This document shows positions 47,432 to 55,025 of a stretch of DNA of 64,000 nt, one piece after another. The notes below the pieces were generated by a model. The model did not search any database. It saw only the letters and a program-made list of their open reading frames with translations, and was not told the DNA's origin. Made by a program: the position numbers and the translations under genes. The stretch is from Dehalococcoidia bacterium (GTDB lineage Bacteria > Chloroflexota > Dehalococcoidia > Lucifugimonadales > QGNO01). The stretch's first letter is position 1, and each line of letters starts with the position of its first letter. Where the stretch lies: contig OZ253484.1 in the NCBI GenBank assembly GCA_965261825.1, positions 289,347 through 353,346 on the forward strand, read 5' to 3'.

Positions 47432-48655
47432 TCAGCTACCCTCGTTTCGGTGGAGGATCAGGCAGGTGATATCGTCGGACTGGGGGGTGTCCCCCGCAAA
47501 CTCCTTGACGGCGTCGAAAACAGCTTGGGCCACGTCCTTGGGATCCATGGGTGGGCCATTCTTGAAAATCTGGGTCAACCGCTCCATGCCAAACTGCTCG
47601 CCCTGGGAGTTCATAGCCTCCGTGACACCGTCGGTGTAGAGGATTAGTGTATCGCTAGGGGTAAGGGTCACCGAGTTCTGGTTGTACTCAAGGCTAGGCA
47701 GTACGCCCAGGGCTATGCCGTCCGTAGATGGAATACGGACTGACGACCCATCAGCGTGGACAATTAGAGGACTGTCGTGGCCTCCGTTGGCGTAGGTCAG
47801 CTTTCCGCTGGACGGATCGTAAACGGCGTAGAACAATGTCACAAACATTCCCGCTTCATTGCGCTCTTGGATCAGATCGTTGACCATGCCCAGCGCCTCA
47901 CCCGGATCATGGCTGCCGATGGCGGCTCCCTTCAGCAGAGTGCGGCAGGACATCATGAAGAGGGCGGCCGGTACGCCCTTGTCCGAAACGTCTGCTATGG
48001 CTAGGCCAATGCGGCCGTCCTCCAGGCGAATGATGTCAAAGAAGTCTCCTCCCACATTCCGTGCCGGCTCCATGTTCCCATAGGTTCCCAAGTATGCATT
48101 GGTAGGAAAGTCCGTGGGTAGGATGGACTGCTGCATCTTGTTAGCTACGTCAAGCTCGTTTTGAATCGCTACCAGCTTGTCTCGGGCAGATACGGCCTCC
48201 CGCCACTCGGCAAGGTGGCGCAGAGTCCGGTCTATGGTCACACGCAGGTCATCGAAGTCCAGCGGCTTGGTAATAAAGTCAAAGGCGCCCCGGTTCATGG
48301 CTGTTCGGATGTTCTTCATGTCCCCATAGGCGGAGATGATTACCGCCCTTAGGTTGGGGTCCACCGATGGCATCTGCTCTAGCAGGGTGAGCCCGTCCAT
48401 CTTGGGCATATTGATGTCAGACAGCACCATGTCGATGGTGTCGTCCTCGCCCAAGATCTCCAGGGCCTCCACTCCGTTGTGGGCAAAGACGAACTCATAC
48501 TGGCCCGAGCGAATGCTGCGGCGCATGCGCTGTAGGATGAGCGTTTCCAGGTCTGGCTCGTCGTCCACCACCAGGATCTTGCACAATCTATCGAACGGCT
48601 CTAAGACAATGCCTTCCGTCTGTTCCGTGCTAACTTCCATTTGGAACCCGTCCAT
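47432..48655 (-). CDS. Response regulator receiver fused to a PP2C/SpoIIE phosphatase (RsbU-like)
   Basis: 407 aa. REC (ILVVDDEPD, DMVLSDINMPKMDG, FDFITKP), then PP2C (GGDFFDI, IADVSDKGVPAALFM, LYTDGVTEA, DDITCLIL). Confidence 0.9.
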   Translation of the reverse strand: MDGFQMEVSTEQTEGIVLEPFDRLCKILVVDDEPDLETLILQRMRRSIRSGQYEFVFAHNGVEALEILGEDDTIDMVLSDINMPKMDGLTLLEQMPSVDPNLRAVIISAYGDMKNIRTAMNRGAFDFITKPLDFDDLRVTIDRTLRHLAEWREAVSARDKLVAIQNELDVANKMQQSILPTDFPTNAYLGTYGNMEPARNVGGDFFDIIRLEDGRIGLAIADVSDKGVPAALFMMSCRTLLKGAAIGSHDPGEALGMVNDLIQERNEAGMFVTLFYAVYDPSSGKLTYANGGHDSPLIVHADGSSVRIPSTDGIALGVLPSLEYNQNSVTLTPSDTLILYTDGVTEAMNSQGEQFGMERLTQIFKNGPPMDPKDVAQAVFDAVKEFAGDTPQSDDITCLILHRNEGS

Positions 48656-48860
48656 CTCACCAACTGGGGAAGCGCCTACACAACTGGCGCTGCCTTTATC
48701 AGCCCAAGAATGAAGTCTCGTTCGAACTTTAACGGACGGATTTTAGCAGAGAGGGCATAGCTGATTCAATACGCGCGCTTGACTTGCCGGTAATGACGGG
48801 CAAAGTCTCACGCCACTTGCGTTGCTGCCAGCGAGCCTCACACAACCACGGCATTCCCCC

Positions 48861-49637
48861 CTAGCGAATGTCGAAGACCGCCTGAACGTGCATTGATATC
48901 CGCAGCTCTCCTCCACTGATAGAAGTGCTTGGCGCCGCCGCTTCCATCATTGCAAAGGCTGCCTCCCTGGCCACGGGGACTCCGCTGCTCTCCGTGACGA
49001 ACGTCAGAGGCCCCAACTCCACTCCGGCGAGGGTCGCCAGATGCTCCGCCTTGACCATGGCGTCTTGGAAGGCGGCCTCTCTGAGGGCGGTCATGTGCGG
49101 CTTGGGATCCTCTACCGTAAAGCGGATCCCGTCGATCCTCGTGGCGTTGCCGCCGGCGTTGGCCACGTCGTCTATGATGGGACCCACGTTATTGATGTCC
49201 CGGATCTTCACCGTTGCCGAGCTGTTGACCGTATAGCCAACCAGAGTGCTTCTTCCGTCGTTATGGTATTGGTACTGAGGCCAGATGTTGAAGGCCCGGG
49301 TTTGGATATCCCTGTCCTCCAGGCCCTGAGCCTTGACTGCGGTAATTATGGCGTCCATCGCCTGCGCGGCCTCTTCCCGGGCCTGCGAAACGCTCTCCGC
49401 CATGGCCTCTACTCCGACATTCAGCAGCGCCAGGTCGGGCACGAGGTCTATGGAGCCCTCGCCCGATACCGAAATGCCGGACTGGCCCTGAATCCCTCCC
49501 GAAAAGGCGCCTGTGGCCTGGACGCCGGTCGCGGATTGCGGCGCATCATCGTCGTCGTTGCTGCATGCTGCAACCAGGAGCATGACGACGGCCAGTACTG
49601 CTATCATGGACATCACTTTGAGCTTGTTCATCTGCAC
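48861..49637 (-). CDS. SIMPL/DUF541-domain lipoprotein
   Basis: 258 aa with lipobox LLVAAC. The overall pattern (ISVSGEGS..VPDLA.L.VGVE......A......A....I...K..G......IQT) resembles SIMPL/26-kDa periplasmic immunogenic proteins. Confidence 0.75.
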   Translation of the reverse strand: MQMNKLKVMSMIAVLAVVMLLVAACSNDDDDAPQSATGVQATGAFSGGIQGQSGISVSGEGSIDLVPDLALLNVGVEAMAESVSQAREEAAQAMDAIITAVKAQGLEDRDIQTRAFNIWPQYQYHNDGRSTLVGYTVNSSATVKIRDINNVGPIIDDVANAGGNATRIDGIRFTVEDPKPHMTALREAAFQDAMVKAEHLATLAGVELGPLTFVTESSGVPVAREAAFAMMEAAAPSTSISGGELRISMHVQAVFDIR

Positions 49638-49843
49638 TTCCTTCTTTACTGTGGCTTAACCGAGGGTGCGGCAACCCGGTGGTTGAACGTCCCACACTAT
49701 AATAAAACGTCGAAACGAGCCGATTGGTTCCATTGACCGGCTGGTATGATATAAGACACTGCCATTTCAGCCTAACAGGCCTTGGCTTATCCCCTACCCC
49801 ACCCGTTGCGCGAAGCGTCCCGTCTATTGAAACGGCCTCCCAG

Positions 49844-50503
49844 ATGGCTGTATCATTCCAGCCATACCTCAACCAGGAGAATCACGTGATCGATCTTGCA
49901 AACTATCAGGAACTGGTCGTCCGGCAGACCAAGGAGATGCTGGAAATATTCACCGGGTTCGAAACGGCCAACCGTTATAGGATCCTGACACCGGAGGGTG
50001 AAGAGGCCATGTTCTGCTATGAGGAATCTGGGATGCTGTCTCGCCAGTTCATGGGCTCCCACCGGCCCCTCAACCTTCACGTGGTCGACAACAAGGGCGA
50101 CCCTATCCTGAATGCCAGTAGGAATTTCTTCTGGTTCTTCTCACACCTGAACGTGCAGGATGGATCCGGCGCACCCATAGGATCGCTGCACAGGAAGTTC
50201 GGCATGCTCCATCGCAAGTTCGCCCTGCTGGACTCCGGCGGACAGCAGATAGCGGGGCTCAACGGAAGCTTGTTCCGGCGTTACACCTTCACCTTGAACA
50301 ACGCCGGTGGCCAGGAGATGGGGCGCATAGTCAAGCAGTGGGGAGGCATTCTCAGGGAGGGCTTCACCGACGCCGACACCTTCAGCATCCAGTTCAGCGA
50401 TGTTGAAAGGAGCCAGGAGATTAGGCTCCTGCTCATAGCATCCGCCTTTGCCATTGATCTGGACTTCTTCGAGAACAAGGGAAGCCGCTTGGGCATAGGG
50501 TAG
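49844..50503 (+). CDS. Scramblase/LURP1-like (tubby-fold) family protein
   Basis: ATG 49844 gives MAVSFQPYLN...LVVRQTKEMLEIFTGFETANRYRI..., then FRRYTFTL.. and a C-terminal hydrophobic helix LLLIASAFAIDLDFF, as in PF03803-type proteins. Confidence 0.65.
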   Translation: MAVSFQPYLNQENHVIDLANYQELVVRQTKEMLEIFTGFETANRYRILTPEGEEAMFCYEESGMLSRQFMGSHRPLNLHVVDNKGDPILNASRNFFWFFSHLNVQDGSGAPIGSLHRKFGMLHRKFALLDSGGQQIAGLNGSLFRRYTFTLNNAGGQEMGRIVKQWGGILREGFTDADTFSIQFSDVERSQEIRLLLIASAFAIDLDFFENKGSRLGIG

Positions 50504-50587
50504 CCCAAATGAACAGAGCCTTTGGCGTTATCCAGCTTCTAGCTGTGCGAGGCCGTCTTCCCTCACCGTTCATTGCCAAGCGCGCCG

Positions 50588-52852
50588 TCAGGGACTGATG
50601 ACCAAGGTAGGCACGTTGAGAACAAGATCTGGGAAGTCAATGGTATATCCGGTACGCTTGGTAACTGTGCCAAATATGGTGTTGAGGTCGTCAGAGAGCG
50701 GCTCAACCGTTATGGACTCAATGTAAGGCTCGATTTCAGCCGGGGTGAGCTTTACGAACTTGCGGTACATGTCCATCATAGAGTCCGCCGAGACGTGACC
50801 GTTCTGCTCAAGCTCCCGGCGAAGATGGGCCAGATCAGGATCATGGAGAACGGCCTGCCACATTATGAGACGGCCTCGGTCGTGCTCCATTGTAAGGTCG
50901 TTCTCCGATTCGGACAACGCCTGACGCCAGTCGTCTAAGTATGTGCCCCAGTCGTAACCGGAAGGCCAGCGGGCGGTCTCTACGTCGGTGTACTCTCCGA
51001 TCTTTCGGGCCAGGGCAACCTCAAATGTGAATGCCTCCGCTTCCCCCATCGCACCAATCAGGGAGTCACCCTCAGCCTTAGACTGCACGGGATTGAGGAT
51101 GCGTTGAAGCGCGTGCCCGGCTTCATGCGCTGTGGTGGCTGTCGCTGCGTCCGATGGCCGGTCGGCCCGCATAATCAGCGCCAGGCCTCCCTCCGTGCGT
51201 ATGCAGCACCAACCCACGAATTGCTTCAACCACGGATCACCTCGCTCGTCCGCAAGGGCGTCGTATTCGTCCCTGGAGAAGTACCGAGCTTCCCAGCCGT
51301 CTTGCTGAACGGTGCGACCCGTCAGCAGATGATAGCCGTTCTCGAATATCTCGATCACAAGGCTGGATATGTCGCGCTTCACTACGCTTCTCCCGTCAGG
51401 GCCATAAGTGGTCACCTGGGAGAACACGGGGACTTGACTGCCAAAGGCCGTAGACAGCAGTTGCCTCAGCTCTTCCGGCGATAGCAGTTGGAACTCCATC
51501 TGTGGCGCTGGGGCAACACTTGCGGCCACGTAGTCGGAGGGGAATCCGGCAGCCAGTGCATAAACATGACCGTCATGCGAGGTTAGGTAGACTCTGTCTT
51601 CGTCGATAGCTAGCGGGGATCTCAGGTCATCTCCAGTTTGGAACTGCCATACCAACAAGCCCGTCCCAGAGTCCAAGGCATAAACGATGTTGTCATCAGC
51701 CCCGACGTAGACCAATCCTCCCTCTACAGCTGGGGTCGACCAAATCTCGCTATCGACTTGATATCGCCATCTCAGAGAGCCGTCCGCCCGTGACACCGCA
51801 TACAGGAATCCATCCGTGGAGCCAAAGTATACGGAGTCCTGCCAAACTGTTACGGAAGCAGCCACTGCATCGCCTGTCCAGAAGTTCCAAACGAGTTCAC
51901 CCGTCTGGGCGTCGAGTGCATAGACTCGCCCGTCCCAAGAGCCGACTATCACTAGGCCATCGGAAACAAATGGGGTGGAGCTGGAACCCGACAACAATTC
52001 GGTCCTCCAGGCGACCTGCCCTGTTGCGGCATCCAGCGCGTACACCCAATCGTCATATGATGCAGCGTAGATCATCCCGTCGGAGACCACGCCGCCGCCG
52101 TAGATTCTATCTGCTGCCTTGAATTGCCATAAGGGTTTTCCGTCTGACAGATGTACAGCCACAATTTGTCCATCCTCGTGAGCCGCAAACACGCTCTTGC
52201 CGTCAGTCGTGACGCTCCCGAATGTGGGTTCAGCTTCTCCCGTTACCCATAGGCGGCTTCCGCTGTCCTTGTTCACCGCGTGCAGCCTCCCATCAAGGTC
52301 TCCTATCAGCACTATGTCGTCGGCTATTGCGGCATCGGTTGCCAGACCGGGGCCCGCGTTGTACTGCCAGAGGACTTCGCCTTCTGGAAGGTCGAGAGCG
52401 TACAGGGAGCCTGAACTCGACCCAACGTAGAGAGTTCCGTTGTTAACCAGGGGTTTTGCCTCCATCCAGCTTAGCGTGTTGAGCTTCCAAGTAACGTCGC
52501 CTGGCTCTACGGGTTCCGGTTTCGGCGTTGCCTTTGGCGTGGGAGTGGGCGTTGGCGTAAGCGTAGGTGTGGGCGTCGCGGTCGGCATTGCCGTGGGCGT
52601 AGGCGCGGGTGTGGCGGTCGGCGCTGCCGTAGGCGTTGGCGTGGATGTGGCGGTCGGCACCGCCGTAGGCGTTGATGTGGATGTGGCAGTCGGCGTGGGG
52701 ATGGCAGACGGTGTGGCCGTGCTCTCCGAGGGAGAAAATGGAGTCTTGGTCGGAGTGGGTTGGGTGCAAGCGGCCATGACAACCAAGGCCAGAGGACACA
52801 CTAGGAGAAATCCCAGCCGTGAGGAGCGACCTGCCAGCGTGTCTTCTATCAT
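50588..52852 (-). CDS. Lipoprotein: TP-rich linker + PQQ-like beta-propeller repeats + C-terminal HExxH putative zinc-peptidase domain
   Basis: 754 aa. Lipobox VVMAAC. There are about 7 repeats of the type DG.(L/V)YA(L/V)D..TG..(L/V)W. The C-terminal region carries TAHEAGHALQ plus GAMGEAEAF, a possible third ligand. Confidence 0.8.
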   Translation of the reverse strand: MIEDTLAGRSSRLGFLLVCPLALVVMAACTQPTPTKTPFSPSESTATPSAIPTPTATSTSTPTAVPTATSTPTPTAAPTATPAPTPTAMPTATPTPTLTPTPTPTPKATPKPEPVEPGDVTWKLNTLSWMEAKPLVNNGTLYVGSSSGSLYALDLPEGEVLWQYNAGPGLATDAAIADDIVLIGDLDGRLHAVNKDSGSRLWVTGEAEPTFGSVTTDGKSVFAAHEDGQIVAVHLSDGKPLWQFKAADRIYGGGVVSDGMIYAASYDDWVYALDAATGQVAWRTELLSGSSSTPFVSDGLVIVGSWDGRVYALDAQTGELVWNFWTGDAVAASVTVWQDSVYFGSTDGFLYAVSRADGSLRWRYQVDSEIWSTPAVEGGLVYVGADDNIVYALDSGTGLLVWQFQTGDDLRSPLAIDEDRVYLTSHDGHVYALAAGFPSDYVAASVAPAPQMEFQLLSPEELRQLLSTAFGSQVPVFSQVTTYGPDGRSVVKRDISSLVIEIFENGYHLLTGRTVQQDGWEARYFSRDEYDALADERGDPWLKQFVGWCCIRTEGGLALIMRADRPSDAATATTAHEAGHALQRILNPVQSKAEGDSLIGAMGEAEAFTFEVALARKIGEYTDVETARWPSGYDWGTYLDDWRQALSESENDLTMEHDRGRLIMWQAVLHDPDLAHLRRELEQNGHVSADSMMDMYRKFVKLTPAEIEPYIESITVEPLSDDLNTIFGTVTKRTGYTIDFPDLVLNVPTLVISP
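52507..52756 (-). repeat. Imperfect tandem repeats encoding the Thr/Pro/Ala-rich linker of the propeller lipoprotein
   Basis: Roughly 36-bp units such as gtggcggtcggcgctgccgtaggcgttggcgtggat and gtggcggtcggcaccgccgtaggcgttgatgtggat. They translate to PTATSTSTPTAVPTATSTPTPTAAPTATPAPTPTAMPTATPTPT. Confidence 0.7.
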
Positions 52853-52989
52853 GTCACCACTCCTAACTTATCACACTCTTGCTCCATCCGGTCGGGGCCG
52901 GTCCCGCCGGATGGCTCATCGGAGCCGCAGGCCGCGAGCGTCATCAGCAGAGCCAGCGCGATAGCGGTGAGCAGTAGTTCTCTATGCAT
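52849..52989 (-). CDS. Small putative lipoprotein (46 aa), translationally coupled to the propeller-peptidase gene
   Basis: Translated by hand (below the ORF-track size cutoff): MHRELLLTAIALALLMTLAACGSDEPSGGTGPDRMEQECDKLGVVT. Lipobox LAAC. Its TGA overlaps the downstream ATG (ATGA). Confidence 0.45.
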   Translation of the reverse strand: MHRELLLTAIALALLMTLAACGSDEPSGGTGPDRMEQECDKLGVVT

Positions 52990-53186
52990 GTTGCAATATC
53001 ATCACGTTCAAGTCTAGCCAAACATGGGATTCACCAGCCTATTATAGGACTGAAGGGCATGTTTCACAATGCTCTGCCGATATAACGTATCTGTTCTAGC
53101 CGCAGACCAGTATCCCTGTCCTTTGCTCTCCCTGGAATGGCCGGGTAGGAGCAGCGGCCGATCACAGTACCAGAGCGAAGGAAATG

Positions 53187-53218
53187 GTAAAGGTTCTTGA
53201 TTTTATCAAGTCTGGTGG
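53187..53218. repeat. 32-bp repeat core, copy A (contains hairpin CTTGAT-TTT-ATCAAG at 53196..53210)
   Basis: gtaaaggttcttgattttatcaagtctggtgg. By direct comparison, 29 of 32 positions are identical to 59747..59778 and 24 of 32 to 63148..63179, all in the same orientation. Confidence 0.85.
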
Positions 53219-53296
53219 ACGGGGGAGAATCGAACCGCCATCGTGGGCCACTCGTGCACTTTAGCTATGAGGCCCTAGCTGACCGACCCCGACTCC
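53213..53296 (-). repeat. tRNA-3'-end-like 84-nt unit, copy A (not a foldable tRNA)
   Basis: The minus strand ends ...GGCGG-TTCGATT-CTCCC-CCGTCCA-CCA (T-loop, acceptor-like, CCA). The 5' end GGAGTCGGGG can pair with CCCCGTCC if 2 nt bulge. The middle did not fold into D or anticodon arms by eye. Confidence 0.6.
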
Positions 53297-53300
53297 GACA

Positions 53301-53309
53301 GGGGGGGGG
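53301..53309 (+). repeat. G9 homopolymer at the inner edge of repeat unit A
   Basis: Nine consecutive G read directly (acagggggggggtcag). Confidence 0.95.
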
Positions 53310-53645
53310 TCAGACTGAGGGCCGGGCGGCTGGGGCCGCCGACCCCCGCTGACCCGAGAGAAAGAAAATCAGCCTCCCGGACGGCCCGGTGTGGGGGTGT
53401 GCGCCGGGCCGTCGGCCCTCGATGGGGAGAGAGGATGCCCCGCAGACAGGGGCCAGGGGCTGGCCCGGGCCACGGCGGCGATCAGGTGGGGTTCCTCCTC
53501 ACTGTGACAACGACACGAGCGGCAGGGGGCGAAACGCGTCCCTGCTCGCAGACGCCTGTGACCTCGTGGCGGGCTGATAATTGAGATGCGGCGAAAGCTG
53601 AACTACGTTTCAACTGGCCCCAGTGGTCCCGTGGGAGTCCCCCGA

Positions 53646-53963
53646 CTATCGAACGGCGTTCACTTCGAGCTGGACACCCTCGTGCTGCTGAATCCGGCTG
53701 ATGACGTCGAACAGGTTGCGGGCGTGGGGATTGCCGTCCGGTCCGAACATACGCATCAGACTCTTGGGCTGCTTGTTTGTGAGGGAGCCGAGCTCCTCGA
53801 ACCCGATGGTGGCGTTGATGTAGTCGCACAGCACGATCTTGCCTGCATCGACGTCCCCTGCCAGCAGGCACTCGACGCCTTCCTTCAGCAACCCTTCTCG
53901 AAATGCCGGGTCGCGCTCGGCTCGGGCCTGCACGGTCTCCCTGAAATCACGGGTGAGCGGCAT
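53646..53963 (-). CDS. HigA-type addiction-module antidote protein (HTH antitoxin)
   Basis: 105 aa. MPLTRDFRETVQARAERDPAFREGLLKEG...GFEELGSLTNKQPKSLMRMFGPDGNPHARNLFDVI matches the 'putative addiction module antidote protein' family as I recall it. Confidence 0.85.
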   Translation of the reverse strand: MPLTRDFRETVQARAERDPAFREGLLKEGVECLLAGDVDAGKIVLCDYINATIGFEELGSLTNKQPKSLMRMFGPDGNPHARNLFDVISRIQQHEGVQLEVNAVR

Positions 53964-53966
53964 GTT

Positions 53967-54297
53967 TCACACCTCCTGTTGCTTGCGACGCTTGTACTCC
54001 TGCCAAAGATCGCGGGCATCCTCGATGTCCCTCTGCTGGCGTTCCTTGGTCCCACCGCCGAGCAGGACTATCAACGTGTCTCCGTCCCTGCCGAAAATAG
54101 ACTCTGTAGCCCGGGCCGATGTGTATACGGCGCTCCAGCACGCCGCTCCCGACGCCTCTGACGTTGGACAGGTTCCCCGACTCCATGCGGGCTAGGATCG
54201 TCCTTACCCTGGTCGCTGCCCCGGCGTCGAGACCGTCGAACCAACGACCGAATGGACTGCTGCCTCGCTCGTCGATGTATTCTCTGATCTCGATCAT
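53967..54297 (-). pseudogene. HigB/RelE-type addiction-module killer protein, frameshifted
   Basis: The N-terminal part [68 protein letters not shown] is family-typical. The family-typical C-terminus [41 protein letters not shown]-stop continues in another frame, after an extra base in the A/T run at 54094..54097. Confidence 0.8.
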
Positions 54298-54530
54298 GGC
54301 AAAACGGTAACAGAAGCGTTACTATGATTTCAAGCCTAGTAGCGTGGGGTTCATTTGGTTACCTTTGTCGGAAAGAACATCCGACATTCTGTTGTATGCG
54401 AACGAGGTGCCTCATGTGCAAGACTCAGAGAAACCATGAAGCCGTCGCGAGCACTCCGAGGCCATTCATCTACCGCGTCGAGAAGACAGGCCATCTCAAG
54501 TCGGTAGCCATCCCATAAGCAGGCCATGCC

Positions 54531-54822
54531 ATGACTAACACCCTGTACTACGGCGACAACCTGGAAATCCTGCGGCAGCACGTCGGCGACGAGTCGGTCG
54601 ACCTGGTGTACCTGGACCCGCCCTTCAACTCGAACGCCAATTACAACGTGCTGTTCAAGGAGCGGTCGGGCGAGGAGTCGCCCGCCCAGATCAAGGCGTT
54701 CACCGACACGTGGGAATGGACCCAGGAGTCGGAGAGGACGTTCGAGCAGGAGATCGTCCTGAACCCAAGCAGTTGGTGGCCGTTGTCGGGTGTCAACTTC
54801 TCACCCTGGGGTAAGAGGTCGA
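54531..54822 (+). pseudogene. N6/N4 DNA methyltransferase (PF01555-like), N-terminal fragment only
   Basis: MTNTLYYGDNLEILRQHVGDESVDLVYLDPPFNSNANYNVLFKERSGEESPAQIKAFTDTWEWT carries the DPPF motif IV. The SAM-binding C-terminal half is missing. The reading frame runs into repeat unit B and stops at 54875. Confidence 0.8.
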
Positions 54823-54907
54823 GGTGGACGGGGCTGGAATCGAACCGCCATCGTGGTGCCACTCGTGCACTTTAGCTAGGAGCCCACTCGTGACCGACCC
54901 CGACTCC
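54823..54907 (-). repeat. tRNA-3'-end-like unit, copy B (diverged, no CCA)
   Basis: Aligns with copy A over its full length with small indels and substitutions (roughly 85-90% identical by eye). Similarity stops at the same boundaries in both copies (..ggtggacgggg on the left, ..ccgactccgaca on the right). Confidence 0.6.
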
Positions 54908-55025
54908 GACACGGCTGTGCGCACGTATCGCCTGGCGACAGCTGCTCTCCGAATAGTAGTGTGAAGGGCGGTTGTTCGGCGGAGTCAAGTCAGGCAGTGC
55001 GACCCGAGAAGGAAGGAAGGCCATT

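Noticed and set aside
49041-49736. 231-aa plus-strand ORF
   Set aside because: It is antisense to the SIMPL-domain lipoprotein gene, which has a signal peptide and a family-like pattern.
52507-52756. Periodic ~36-bp repeats that might suggest a CRISPR array or a minisatellite
   Set aside because: The repeats are contiguous with no unique spacers. They lie in frame within a long ORF and translate to a Thr/Pro/Ala linker. Similar TP-rich linkers occur in other lipoproteins in the window.
53213-53296. Possibility that the repeat unit is a genuine tRNA-Sec, another class II tRNA or the 3' part of tmRNA (ssrA)
   Set aside because: I could not fold D and anticodon arms. No UCA anticodon loop with U33 is present. 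The candidate loops CUCAUAG and CUAAAGU lack complementary stems. Neither a matching tmRNA 5' end nor a tag-like reading frame was found within about 400 nt upstream. It is kept only as 'tRNA-3'-end-like'. A covariance-model scan is needed for a definitive answer.
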